A stretch of 63,058 nt of DNA, counting the filler, from Pelomyxa schiedti (Eukaryota > Protista > Evosea), in the NCBI GenBank assembly GCA_020536535.1. It is 17 parts of 17 records of this genome, joined end to end, with 100 filler letters (N's around TTAATTAATTAA, not from the genome) between each part and the next. Parts side by side here need not be neighbours in the genome. Positions count along the whole stretch, not along the records: positions 1 to 1,327 come from JAHLWZ010002595.1; positions 1,428 to 3,235 come from JAHLWZ010002259.1; positions 3,336 to 19,696 come from JAHLWZ010000559.1; 14 more parts are not named here. One strand, given 5' to 3'. The translations under genes and the position numbers were made by a program. A model generated the notes under the pieces. The model had not been told where the DNA came from. It did no database searches and saw only the letters and a program-made list of their open reading frames with translations. This document shows, one piece after another, positions 1 to 12,509 of the stretch (position 1 is its first letter; each line of letters begins with the position of its first letter).

Positions 1-1327
1 CCTGGAGATTCAAGGTGGTTCATTGAGAAGAAATTTCCTTTACCCGCACAGGAGAAAACCATAGAGTTACTGCTCAGGAACGAACATGCATCTGTGGAAG
101 ATTGCCAATATTTTGAAGCTGCTATTCAAAGTGTTGGTGTCGACGACTACCTCCTGAAAGATATACAGAATCCAGACGTTGCCAAGTGGGTTCTGACAAC
201 GTTGTCTCTCAATCCAAGTCAGGAGACTTTGAGCTATCTCTGTGGAAACCTTGGAAACGTGGAGTTTGCTCAGTGGTTGATGACTGTGAAGAAATTTACA
301 CCGACTCCTGAATCATTTATATTGGCTTGTAAATCAAGTGGTCCTTCTTCTTCCTCCTCACTTGCCAAGTGGCTTTCAACGAGGGTGACACTCACACCAA
401 GTGACATCACCAAAGGCCTGATCAATGCACTGCTGAAAAGCAACATTGAAGTGGCAGAGTGGTTGGATGTTACCTTCCATGTGATGGATCACATCAATTC
501 CATACTGGGTTGTCCTGAAAACACACTGACTGAGTTGCTCTCTGGTTATATTCCATCACTTGCGGGGTTGAAGTGGTTTGTACAGCACCTCCCACAACCT
601 TTGAGTTTGAAAGAGAGCTCCTTCGGGGATGCCATTTCACAATTAATAAGTAACAAGTGGTCAGATGCTGTTGTATTCCTGCTTGACACCTTCACCCAGT
701 ACCAGCCCCAGAGAAACCCCATTCAATTTAAGCCAATTCTTGTTGGGCTGATGAAGAATGACCTTCGAGCCATTCAGCACGTCATTCAGTCTGTTGGTGT
801 GGATTCCTCGTTGGTGTTGACACCAGAGTTCGTGGGCCAGTGCTTGACAACAGACATCCCTTACGAGCACACCAGCAGCAAAATTGTGAAGTGGGTGATT
901 CGAAAGTTCGACCTCCAGTACTCCCACATCAACGGTGATGACAATGCCCTCTTGTTCAAGCTTCTCTCTGATGGCAAGAACCGATGTGCACAGTGGCTTC
1001 TTGAGACTTTTGACATCCCCCTCCATGATGTATGGTTCCCCCCCCCCACACAGAAAATCGAAATAACATCAAAAAACAGGTTGTTCACAGGCTCACCGAG
1101 CACTCAAGCACACAGATAGACCTGGCAGGGTGGCAGATGATACTGAGGCACTACGGCAACGCCATCGACACCACCCTCATTCGATCCTTCCGGACCAACA
1201 TCGTTTCATCACCGCACATTGCAATGTTCATGATGCACAGGTTTGGAATCACCATCGACGAGATACGTGCACTTTACACTGACCCTGACTCAATGCCAGA
1301 ACAGACAAAGCTTTGGCTGCACAGCCT
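1..1327 (+). CDS. Partial helical-repeat (ankyrin-like) hypothetical protein
   Basis: The frame is open from base 1 and has repeated 'G.VE.AQWL', 'NIEVAEWL' and 'NRCAQWLLETF' units. A GT-AG intron at 1030-1079 joins LHD to VVHRL. Both ends are cut by the contig edges. Confidence 0.65.
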
Positions 1328-1427
1328 NNNNNNNNNNNNNNNNNNNNNNNNNNNNNNNNNNNNNNNNNNNNTTAATTAATTAANNNNNNNNNNNNNNNNN
1401 NNNNNNNNNNNNNNNNNNNNNNNNNNN
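1328..1427. other. Artificial contig-joining spacer (N44-TTAATTAATTAA-N44, stops in all six frames)
   Basis: The same spacer recurs at 3236, 19697, 20947, 22770, 24964, 43166, 44356, 45844, 49587, 50690, 54334, 55847, 57084, 60600 and 61793. Plain 100-N gaps start at 4988, 23972, 25691 and 31762. Confidence 0.98.
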
Positions 1428-3235
1428 CAAGAACAGACCGTAGAAAAGTAACACAATAGTGTTGGTGCGTTCACGTGCAAAGATCTGGTCTCCGGTACGT
1501 TGGCAAACGCGACACCGAGATTGATTTGGTTTTGTTAAAACTTGTTTTTACGGTTTTACGAAGAAATGTTCCCTTCGCTGCAATCACACTGTTATCAAAA
1601 AATGCCACCCCTGGTACTTCCATCTAGATCTCAAGACCCACAGACACCTTGAAATGCTAGAGCACTCTCATCAAAAATGCACAGGGTTTTTTAAGTCTGA
1701 CTCTGTGAGTGGTTTGGGGGTAGGTTTGGTGGAATGTATGATGAACCAGACAAAGCCACTGTAAGATCTCTCAAGAGCTGTGAGAGGGCTCCTGGGGAGG
1801 ATAGTCCCTAAGTCCATTATTGGGACTCACAGAAGGGGGTTTCTCTGGTCTAAAAAACGAAAATCTGAAAAAAATCCAGTCTGGTAAAAATACTTTTTTT
1901 CTGTGAATTTCTGTGGGGTGTGAGGCTGTGGTGGTTGTCAGAGCTTGTTGTAACATGGACAATTAAATATTATTGTCACAACCAGCAAGGTATTGAGTCA
2001 ACATCACACTGAGGACAAGTCACCTCCAGAGAGACATCTCAGTACAGCTTGTTATGAGTGACTACAACAGCATTGCCATGCACATTTAATGTCCTCGTGC
2101 CTGCTGCATGTATGTTTATTTCACAGAAAAAAGGAGTTATTTTTCCAGACTGGATTTTTTTTTTTCTGGACCAGGGCACTTTTGGACAAAAAAAAATCAC
2201 AGACATGGACTTCAAAGGTGCCTCTTTGTTGATTGGCAAAGACCAGCCTTGCCCAACTTTGATTAAGTCAAGCACAAAGGCCTTTTCTTTTGTGGGCATT
2301 GGACAATTTTTTGGTGATGTTCCCACCTTTTCAACCCTAAAAATTTATGTGGAGCTGAATTGTGGGATGTGCTGTTTTTTCCAAAATGACATCATCATTT
2401 TCCCCTTTGATTTTTCTCGAATGCTAGATTCCTGGAGTTAGTTGGAACTCTGTTTTTGGTACAGAGAACCAGGATCTTTTCTGCCAATTGATGCCAATAG
2501 GTGTGAGTCCCAGGATTACATCCTCACTTGGCCAATGTTGATGTCATCATCCCACAGCTGATAAGCAGGAGGAGTTTGGAAATTTGAAATTTTTCACAGA
2601 GCCTCTTTGGTCTGATTCCCTCTTCTTCCCATTCAGAAGTTGGCTCTTCGTCTTGTTCCAGCAATCTGGCCTGATTCCTGTATGATGAGAAGTGATTCTG
2701 CCTTTTCCTAATTTCTGCCTGCCTGCATTGTGTTACTTCTTCCCTGAGTTCTCACAGCTCTCCCAAAGCTGGCAACCACTTCCAGTAGAGAATGGAGACT
2801 TTCCTGCATCTCCCTGTTGGGGTCCACACACCAGCACTCAACAAGGGTGAGTTGCTCTTGTGGGAGCTGGTGGCTCCCTGTGAATGGCTGGCTCTGTACC
2901 TAACTTAGTTTGCAAGTTTTCCACTGTGTGGCGCAGGGGATCACACCTCACCACACACTGCTTCTTGGAACTTGCTCTCTGTGACACAGCTTCACTCACC
3001 AGTGACTCACACATATGGTGCAGACGTAGGGCTCGCCGGATCTGAGTGACAACCACGGCGATTTCGCGGACGGCCATTTCACAACAATCCGTTTCATTGA
3101 ATGCCACCGTTGGAGCCACTAAGTTTGTGAAGAACAAAGAAAGAGATAATAATAAATAATCGTGGGTTCTGTTGATCTGGTACCACGCAGTGTAGTTCGA
3201 GAGGAATGGATCCTCTCGAGGAAGGATTCTGCAAT
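1428..3235 (-). mobile_element. Possible degenerate repeat or transposon-derived region
   Basis: Contains only broken minus-strand ORFs and an internal inverted repeat (1868-1907 vs 2120-2161). Its end overlaps another contig end by 121 bp. No diagnostic domain was recognised. Confidence 0.25.
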
Positions 3236-3504
3236 NNNNNNNNNNNNNNNNNNNNNNNNNNNNNNNNNNNNNNNNNNNNTTAATTAATTAANNNNNNNNN
3301 NNNNNNNNNNNNNNNNNNNNNNNNNNNNNNNNNNNACGGCACCAGATTTTGCCGCATGTCAAGTATTTCTCACAGCTTCAGCAAATGGAGATGCGTGTGA
3401 AGGGATGCATCAGCCTCACGGAGGAAGGCCGGGGCTGCGCTGTAATGAGTTCTCGCAGGAGAATGGTGGAGGGTGACTGAGTGAACACTGTTTTTTTTAC
3501 TTCA

Positions 3505-4987
3505 TTATGCCCAACAAACTATTTTCGTCCATTCTCCACTGTCGTTCAGATCTTTGGTCGTGCCGGAGCGGTAACCACCGTTGCCGTCGATGTGCCAACT
3601 CAAACGCTTGTCGCCACCATCGTCGCAGGTGTCGGCAGTGCCCAGAGATATCGTCCTCGTTGTTGCGAAGCCAAATGACCTGCCATCCATGAAGTACCAG
3701 AACACGCCCCTGTGCTCCTCACTGGCCTGTGAAGGTGATGTTGTTTTTGTGCACACGTGGCTCCTCCTGCCAACTGCTGCAAGAGAAAGCACCTTGCTCC
3801 CAACCTTCGTGTTGCTGCCAGTGAAAAAGTGGAAATAATAAAGGCATGGGGCACTAACCTTTTGAGAAGCAACCAGAATCCAATCACCACGACCAGGGTC
3901 CACATTCTGCGGGGTTGTGTGATGGGAGTACGGCTCTTTGTAGTGAACATGCCATCCTGTTAATAGTACTGACTCTGGTACCTCTTGTTGAATTCCCTCT
4001 GGGCACAGGCCTTTTATTACACATAAAAGCCCATGATCGTCACTGGCCAAAGCTTGAAAGTATACATTTGCTTTTTCCACAAATTCATTCAACTGCTTCT
4101 CTAGGAGAGAATCACGCTGTTGCAACGTTGCCACCACGTTTGTTAGTTCTCTCACCTGTTTCTCTCTCAACTCATCACTTTGCTGGATTTGTTTGTGCAG
4201 TGCATCTATGGTTTCTTGCATGGCACTCAGTTTTTCATTGTAGAAATTGGCAATTGCAGGTGCCACTTTTGCTACAATGCAAAGTTCAGTATGTGACTTG
4301 AGTTCACAACGAGGACCAGTCCAGGTGCAGAACGGTTTTGCTGTGCACACAATTGGGAGCATGGCACATGAGGTGTCATGTTCCTTTCTCTCTTTTGGTT
4401 TCACTTTCATTCCACAGCCATGCATGCATGCTGTTTTATACATTGTTATGAGGGGCAGTGTGAAGAAAGAGGGGAAACCTGTTGGGCAATCCTCTTCCTT
4501 GTGAGACATATCCTTGATCCGTTTTCTCTGTACTGTCTCGTTGCAAGTCTCACATATAACAAAGGTAGACAGGCACTCATTTTGCTCATGTGACTCTTGT
4601 TTTTGTGGTGCCACCTTCATTCCACATCCCTTGGGACAGTCTTTTTGACAAAAAAAAGTTATACATATGTATGTTTTCAAAAGGAAAAAAAAGGACCTAT
4701 TGGGCATTGCAGTACATGTTCTTTGAGGGCAACTCTCTGTACTTTCACATTACATACAGGGCAATGAACGTCCAGTGCCGCCAGTTTGGCCAGGATCACC
4801 TTCGAATTTGAAGGTCTTGTTGACCCTTCTGCAATATCTTCCCCACAACTCGGGCACTGTTTCGTCTGCAACTTGTCACCATGATCAGGAACGAAGAAGG
4901 GAAAAAAAAAACGTTTTGTGCACGAGAGAGAGAGATGAACACAGTTGTGGATTTCCACCTCAATAGCGCAGGCGGCACAAAACCACG
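3505..4987 (-). CDS. RING/TRAF-type zinc-finger coiled-coil protein, copy 1 (5' end lost in gap)
   Basis: Contains CPVC..HVLQC, CPKGC..HEQNEC and CMHGC..HDTSC TRAF-like fingers, a coiled coil, and a C-terminal 'GVFWYF..SFGF..RLSWH..GGYRSG' domain. Several introns. Confidence 0.75.
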
Positions 4988-5256
4988 NNNNNNNNNNNNN
5001 NNNNNNNNNNNNNNNNNNNNNNNNNNNNNNNNNNNNNNNNNNNNNNNNNNNNNNNNNNNNNNNNNNNNNNNNNNNNNNNNNNNNNNNACGGCACCAGATT
5101 TTGCCGCATGTCAAGTATTTCTCACAGCTTCAGCAAATGGAGATGCGTGTGAAGGGATGCATCAGCCTCACGGAGGAAGGCCGGGGCTGCGCTGTAATGA
5201 GTTCTCGCCGGAGAATGGTGGAGGGTGACTGAGTGAACACTGTTTTTTTTACTTCA

Positions 5257-6914
5257 TTATGCCCAACAAACTATTTTCGTCCATTCTCCGCTGTCGTTCA
5301 GCTCTTTGGTCGTGCCGGAGCGCCAACCACCGCTGCCGCCGATGTGCCAACTCAAACGCTTGTCGCCACCATCGTCGCAGGTGTCGGCCCTGCCCAGAGA
5401 TATCGTCCTCGTTGTTGCGAAGCCAAATGACTTGCCATCCATGAAGTACCAGAACACGCCCCTGTGCTCCTCACTGGCCTGTGAAAATGATGTTGTTTTT
5501 GTGCACACGTGGCTCCTCCTGCCAACTGCTGCAAGAGAAAGCACGTTGCTCCCAACCTTCGTGTTGCTGCCAGTGAAAAAGTGGAAATAATAAAGGCATG
5601 GACACTAACCTTTTGAGAAGCAACCAGAATCCAATCACCACGACCAGGGTCCACATTCTGCGGGGTTGTGGAATGGGAGTACGGCTCTTTGTAGTGAACA
5701 TGCCATCCTGTTAATAGTACTGACTCTGGTACCTCTTTTTGAATTCCCTCTGGGCACCACAGGCCTTTTATTACATCTGCTTTTTCCACAAATTCATTCA
5801 ACTGCTTCTCTAGGAGAGAATCACGCTGTTGCAACGTTGCCACCACGTTTGTTAGTTCTCTCACCTGTTTCTCTCTCAACTCATCACTTTGCTGGATTTG
5901 TTTGTGCAGTGCATCTATGGTTTCTTGCATGGCACTCAGTTTTTCATTGTAGAAATTGGCAATTGCAGGTGCCACTTTTGCTACAATGCAAAGTTCAGTA
6001 TGTGACTTGAGTTCACAACGAGGACCAGTCCAGGTGCAGAACGGTTTTGCTGTGCACACAATTGGGAACATGGCACATGATGACTCATGTTCCTTTCTCA
6101 CTTTTGGTTTCACTTTCATTCCACAGCCATTCATGCATGCTGTTTTATACATTGTTATGAGGGGCAGTGTGAAGAAAGGGGAAACCTATTGGGCAATCCT
6201 CTTCCTTGTGAGACATATCCTTGATCCGTTTTCTCTGTACTGTCTCGTTGCAAATCTCACATATAACAAAGGTAGACAGGCACTCATTTTGCTCATGTGA
6301 CTCTTGTTTTTGTGGTGCCACCTTCATTCCACATCCCTTGGGACAGTCTTTTTGACAAAAAAAAGTTATATATATGTATGTTTTCAAAAGGAAAAAAAGG
6401 ACCTATTGGGCATTGCAGTACATGTTCTTTAAGGGCAACTCTCTGTACTTTCACATTACATACAGGACAATGAACGTCCAGTGCGGCCAGTTTGGCCAGG
6501 ATCACCTTTGAATTTGAAGGTCTTGTTGACCCTTCAGCAATATCTTCCCCACAACTCGGGCACTGTTTCGTCTGCAACTTGTCACTATGATCAGGAACGA
6601 AGAAGGGAAAAAAAAAACGTTTTGTGCACGAGAGAGAGATGAACACAGTTGTGGGGGGCGGATTTCCACCTCAATAGCGCAGGCGGCACAAAACCACGCG
6701 GTGCAGTCGTGAATCACCGGCTCGTGCGCCGGCGCCTTACACGCAACGCAAATATACCGTGGATCGCATGGCGTCGGTGACTCACCCTCTCCTTTGGCGT
6801 AAACGAAGGAAGAACCTTTCTTGTTTTTTTTTAAATTTTTATTTTTGTTGGTTTTTTGAATGTTGCGCTCACCAGCAAACCAACCAAGTTGGCGTCGTGT
6901 GTGGCTCCTGCCAT
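5257..6914 (-). CDS. RING/TRAF-type zinc-finger coiled-coil protein, copy 2
   Basis: ATG at 6914 (MAGATHDANL). The RING reads CVAC..HDC..FCAAC..CPSC. Near-identical to 3505-4987 apart from SNPs and an indel. Confidence 0.75.
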
Positions 6915-7069
6915 CTTATGTTTCTTCGGCGAAATCAACCTTTTCAAGTTCACTGGTTGGTCTCCGATGAAATCCGTGTTGCCAGATATCCCACATTGTG
7001 AATGATGTGCAGGATTGGGTAGATTGTGAGTGATTCTATTTGAGACAGAGAGCTTCCTCAAGTGAACTT

Positions 7070-8266
7070 CTAGGGGAGGAAAGATGAAATCTGGCTGATC
7101 TGGGTGGGAAACAGGGGTGGAGCCAAGAATTCAATGGAGAGAACCACAAAACCAGAGGATGCCTCAATCACTTGGAGGTGCTGTTTGGAAACATGGAAAA
7201 GAAAGCCTGAACTGGCGATCGCTGTGCTCCATGACTCACATGAAACAGTTTTGATTGGCCTTGTTGGATTGTTGATATCCCATAGGGTGAATGATGTGCC
7301 AGAATCCTCACTCTCAGTCACCATTGTAATACAGAACAGTGAATCATCCAGTTGAGACAAAGTCGCACTTCCTCTGGCCACTTCCGTCATGCATCCAGTT
7401 CCTTCTTCAAATTGACAAACAAGGTTCGCTCTCTGATTTGCCCCATGGACAATGAAGACACGTTGGCCGGTCCTTTTCTTCATCAAGAGCGGTGCTGCAT
7501 AAATCACCTGAGGAAATCTACACTCTGTCCTGCTCAGAACCACTGCACTCTTCACGGTATATGTCTTCCTCAAATCCAAAACCAGGAACCACACCGAACT
7601 GCTTCCATCAGACAAGCAAGACACAACAACCACCTCATCAACGCACGAGTATGTGCCCAGAGTAACACACTGAATCCTCCTTCCCTCAACACCAGGCAAA
7701 TTCACATCAACGCGAGTGTCCGCGGGCCGCTTTCCACTGCAGCAAAGGTTTATTATGACCATCACTGTTGCAGAGTGATGGCACCACAGATACCACTTCC
7801 CGTTGCATGGTTGCAATTGTTGCCGTGCAGGCCGAACATTGGACATAAGTTCAGTCATGGAATCGCCCGGTTCGCAGCTTCTGAGTTCTATTGTTTCCCG
7901 GCCCGACTCGCGGAGAATTATGGGGTATAGGTATCGGTCGTAGTCGACCCACCGATGAAATAAGCCCCACGGCAGCCATTGCGGAGACTGGGCAACAGAT
8001 AGCAGATCGCGTGAGATTCCGAACCTCAGGACACAGTGCTCCAGGTCGATCCCGATGACAATGCAGAACCTCGATGTCCCATAACTGCACCGGTCGTCGT
8101 TCCCGCAGCTGCAACACCAGGACAGCCACAGGTGGTGATGGATGTCAGGTCCCATAATGCCAGCTGGGCTGCTCCGGCCGCAACGTGGATGGGACGCCAA
8201 AGCCAACGCCAGCATCTGCTCTCGTGCCCACAAGGCAATTATTTTGTGCGGCCAGTGGTCTGCCAT
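7070..8266 (-). CDS. Intronless hypothetical protein of a lineage-expanded family (N-terminal AREQ..HPRCG motif, beta-rich body)
   Basis: ORF of about 398 aa from MADHW. It shares features with 22892-24385: ARxQ N-terminus, NxKW motif, [LV]DL.K[TS] motif and C-terminal 'ASSGFVVLS'/'APSGVHIVS'. Confidence 0.75.
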   Translation of the reverse strand: MADHWPHKIIALWAREQMLALALASHPRCGRSSPAGIMGPDIHHHLWLSWCCSCGNDDRCSYGTSRFCIVIGIDLEHCVLRFGISRDLLSVAQSPQWLPWGLFHRWVDYDRYLYPIILRESGRETIELRSCEPGDSMTELMSNVRPARQQLQPCNGKWYLWCHHSATVMVIINLCCSGKRPADTRVDVNLPGVEGRRIQCVTLGTYSCVDEVVVVSCLSDGSSSVWFLVLDLRKTYTVKSAVVLSRTECRFPQVIYAAPLLMKKRTGQRVFIVHGANQRANLVCQFEEGTGCMTEVARGSATLSQLDDSLFCITMVTESEDSGTSFTLWDINNPTRPIKTVSCESWSTAIASSGFLFHVSKQHLQVIEASSGFVVLSIEFLAPPLFPTQISQISSFLP

Positions 8267-8339
8267 CAAAATCAGAAGAAACAAATTATTTTTCTTGGAA
8301 CTAGCGGTTTTTTTTAAGTATCAAGGGTGATTGGCAGTG

Positions 8340-10125
8340 CTAAAGCAGAGACTGTGAATCGCCCACAATGTGTTGTAGCCTCGTGAACCAGTTGCATAAC
8401 ACTTCATCACCGCCACACATGCTCTGCAGAGCCCTCATTCCCTGGGCCATGGTCTCCGCCGGGTCCCTCGTCACCTCTCCCTCCTCAGGCTCTTCCTCCA
8501 GCCTGGGATTGTCACCAGGGTTGCTCCAGAAATGAGCCGCAATTGCCTCGGCCGGTTCCCTGCGCTCCGCCATGGATGACACCAGCAACGACGTGACTTC
8601 CTCTGTAATCATGTGGCCGCCGGTCCCGCCGCTGCTCTGCTGCTGCTGCTGCTGCTGATAGTGATGATAGTGATGATGATGCGAGGTCCCGGCGGATTTC
8701 CCTCTCTTGCCGGCACTCCTTGTGTAGTATCTGCTTGATGTGCTGGGGGCGCTGCTCGAGGTCGTGGTGTTGCTTGGGGTGTATGGGTACGGGTGCCGGT
8801 TTTGCATTGTTATGGGTCTGCGTGATCCCCCCCAAGTGCCGCCAATAGAATCTTCCATCATCATAGCGTGCTCCATGACACCGCACTCGCCTTCTAGAGC
8901 TTGGAGCGCCATCCTCATGAACTGGGCTATTTGCGGCGTATCATCCTTGGCAGCAGCGGCTCTGATGAAGTAATCACGGCAACGGCACAATGACTCCTGG
9001 ACCATCTGGCGGTCTGTAACTTCCTGTTGTTGTGGTTGTTAGTATTGCTTATTGTGTAAGCTTAAGCTTAAGTACCCTATCAACTTGCTGCACATTTCCA
9101 CAAAGAAGCAAGATAAGTGTCTGCAACTTGTCACGCTCCTCAAGTACAAGTTGGCGGCTTTGATTACTTGGTGTGCTATCGAATTGCGTGAGAGCTGCAT
9201 GAAGCCTCCCCAGACCGTTGCCAACACGCTTCACAGCATTAAAAAGGTATTGAATTCTAGCTTTGCTGACAATGACCAATGTGTCATGTGCTTGTTCTTG
9301 TGCTTGTGCTTGCTCGAACACCTGCTGCTGGTACTGCTCTTGTGGGAAATCATACTGTAATGAATGCCCTCCCTCATCTGTAACGTCCATCATGGCAGCT
9401 GATGACTGGCCCATCAAATGCAACGACGAAACAGGAGGCGCACTAGAGGCGGCAGTGGCACAGCAGTGGCTAGCAGGAGCCTGCTTCTTATTCCTACCCG
9501 ACGCCCTCGAGCTCCTACACCCCTGAGCTCCCACAACTACACCACACCCATCGCCACCAACAGAGCAAGAAGAAGAAGAAGCAGTAGTAGCAGCATCACA
9601 AGAAGCTCCAGCCGCAGCAACAGCAGCGTAGCTACGAGGAGAAATCGAAGGCAAACAAGTCGAAGACTCGTAGCAAGAAGAGGAATAAGCATAAGAGGAG
9701 TCACCACGTGGTGGAAACCTCGCATCGCTCCCACAATCCTGATCCTCCTTCGGCGCACAACAAGCACCACCCTCAAAGTCGCTGGCACCGCCACCCATAA
9801 TAGTTCCGCCACCACTCGCATTAGTCCCGGCCCCGTCCCCGTTCCAACTCCCAATCCCACAATCCGACCCCGCACTCGCGCTCCTCGGCGATGGTAAGCA
9901 CGCCCCGGCGCCCCCAGCCTCGCTGTTTCGACTTGTTGATGTAGGACGACGGGGCGACGAAGGTGGCGACGGGAACAGCGGAAGCGGCGTGTACGAATAC
10001 GAGGAAGAGTACGAAGGAGGAGGAGGAGCAGGGCACCGCGACGATCTGGAGCGAACCCACGCGAACAGCGAGATCAAAAGAGCGGCAGGGGCCAACACCA
10101 GCCACACGGACAACGAAAACATCAT
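8340..10125 (-). CDS. Hypothetical protein with N-terminal transmembrane segment, Ser-rich linker and helical C-terminal region
   Basis: ORFs 9049-10158 and 8340-9005 can be joined by an intron near 9025-9073 (ACTAAC branch point, CAG acceptor). Start codon uncertain. Confidence 0.6.
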
Positions 10126-10630
10126 CAGCAACACTGCCCCTCGACGCCAAATTTCCACAATGACATGCCACAGTAGTCATGCTCCCGTCCTTTCTTTTTT
10201 TTTGTTTTTTGGTGTTGTCCTTTGGATGGCTGCACGGGTTTTGTAGCCCTGGCCCTGGATCCACAGATGGACTGGCACCGCGTCAGTGCATCGACGCAGC
10301 GCAAGGATGGCCACACTGAGAAAAATCGAAGAAAAGGAAAGTTCTGATGGCGCGGTCGTGGGAAGAGGTGGAGGCGAGGATCGCAAAGATTAACGACGCA
10401 GCAGAAGATGTCAGAACCAAGTTGGTGCGCTTGACTGCTTCGACCGCGGAGGAAATTATGGTGTTGGCTGCCTCTTCCTTTTGGCACTCCCGCTTTTTGC
10501 TCACCAAGTGAAAACCGAAAGTCGCACAAGGGATTGGGGCACAAGCTCTGTGTCTGCCCGTTGAACTCAAGACATGTTGTTCCGCAGCCGTTCTTGAAAG
10601 CACACATTCAGTCTTGTTCCAGGAAATTGG

Positions 10631-11303
10631 ATGCTGTTCGACAGGATGTACTCACAGCCTTTTTTTTTTGATACCTGTATTTTCATTTTCACCATGTTTC
10701 ACTTACCTTCCAAACAGGAGGAAAAGTCTTTTTCACTCACCTTTTATGATGGGTGTCCTGCTGTTGTAACATTAGGAAATGCAGCAACAGAGTATTTTCC
10801 ACCTCATCAGATTCAGGCCGAGTGTACTAATCTTACATTAAGGATGCAGAGGGAAGTTTTACAGCAGGTTACTACAAGCACATTTAGTAACATGGAGTCT
10901 GTTGATGCTATGTCACTCTCTCTTCCACAATTAAAAAAGTGTGCAGTTGCCATTGAGTCTCCAACTAATGCAATACAGAGTATTATTTTCTTGGCAATCC
11001 GTTCCTAAGAATCTCCAAGCACTTGATTTGAACCTGCTTCACATTCAGCTGATCAAAAGTTGGCTCTTTGCACATGTTGATAAATATGTATCGATCTTTA
11101 ACGACATCGAGGACATCGACTTCCTCTCTGGAATAATTGTTTCCAAGAACAACTTCGACGATATTGAAACTGCTCTGTCTCCTTATTTTCAAAGCCGTAT
11201 GAATGAAGAAAGATTCAATGTGCAAGAAATTTATATGTGCAGAAACCAGAGAGTTCACCATGTCATTGTGGCGGTTCGCTATTGTAGAATTGTGGAAACT
11301 TAA
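10631..11303 (+). CDS. Hypothetical intron-containing gene (boundaries uncertain)
   Basis: Consecutive protein-like ORFs 10631-11008 and 10941-11303. Confidence 0.35.
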
Positions 11304-12509
11304 ACACCCTGAAAAGCCAGTAGAAATTACAACTAGTTGCCATTGTTATGACCACTTCCATACATCAAGGAATCTCAAGGGATACCCCATGCATCTGCTC
11401 TGCAGTCTTATTCACATATACAGCTCGCCAATAATAAATATGCGGAGACACCAAGTTCTATGAATAACTTCAACATAACGTACTCTCACCAACACACAAA
11501 GGCCAATTCTCCTGTGATCAATCTCCATCTTTGACTCAGTATTGCACTGACGTGGAACTAGCAAAAAAAATAAAAAGTGGCAGACCTGAGTATTCTCCTC
11601 TCGGGCCTGATCTCATCGGCGCTAGACTCAGAGGCAAGGATACCCTCTTAGTGCATTCTTAGTTCTAACATTCTTAGAGAAGCGCAGACAAGAAGCAGAT
11701 GGAAGGCCAAAATCTGTACTGGAACAAGCAGCAGAGGAGAGAAACTATAAAAGGCGTAGAACCAAATACAGGGCTCTCAATTCCCACAAAACTCGTAGGA
11801 CTCCAACCGAAGTACAAGAGAGTACTTTCAGGGGCACGGGCAACCTAACTTTACCTAGATTGCACGAAACTTCATTGACCTGCATATGAAAGAATTAATT
11901 GAACTGGCTGAAGAACAACACCCTGTGCAGCTTCCTGCGTATCTCCCTATTCCGCATATCCTTTTTTTTTCACCCGCACTTGTAGTAAACGGCCGAGGCA
12001 AGACAAACCTGAACCAGAAAGTAGTACCTCAAGTACACCGGCCTCTTCACATACCTCATCAGCTGCACAGCCACCAATCCATAAACAACTATCTTCCGTC
12101 ACTATCAAGCAGGAAGTACCTCAGCCAGTCACTGTTTCCAATATTCCACCCCCACCATCACCAAAGCCCCAACCACCAACACCTACACATCACCATCACC
12201 ACAAACATTCCCACAAGCACCATTCCCCTAAAGATAAGCACCACAATGCCACATCCCCTGCAGACCACATGCATAAATCCCACACCCTCAGTCAACACAT
12301 ACACCATCATAATCACCACACAAGCTAAGAAAAGAAATAAGCTCATAGAGGATAAGAAACTCAATTTTATTGGTAGCAACTTCGTTTATGCTATGGCCTG
12401 GTGTTTTTTGGGCACTTGGCTACGGCTTATGTTTCGTTTTTGTTTTGATGTTACGCAGAGCAGAGAGGTATGGGCTCTGAGGAAGAAATGATGAACAGCA
12501 CTTTTGTGT

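Noticed and set aside
3336-6697. Tandem duplication of the TRAF-like gene as a confirmed gene array
   Set aside because: Both copies start at the same base right after a gap or linker. They may be alleles scaffolded in series, which cannot be resolved without reads.
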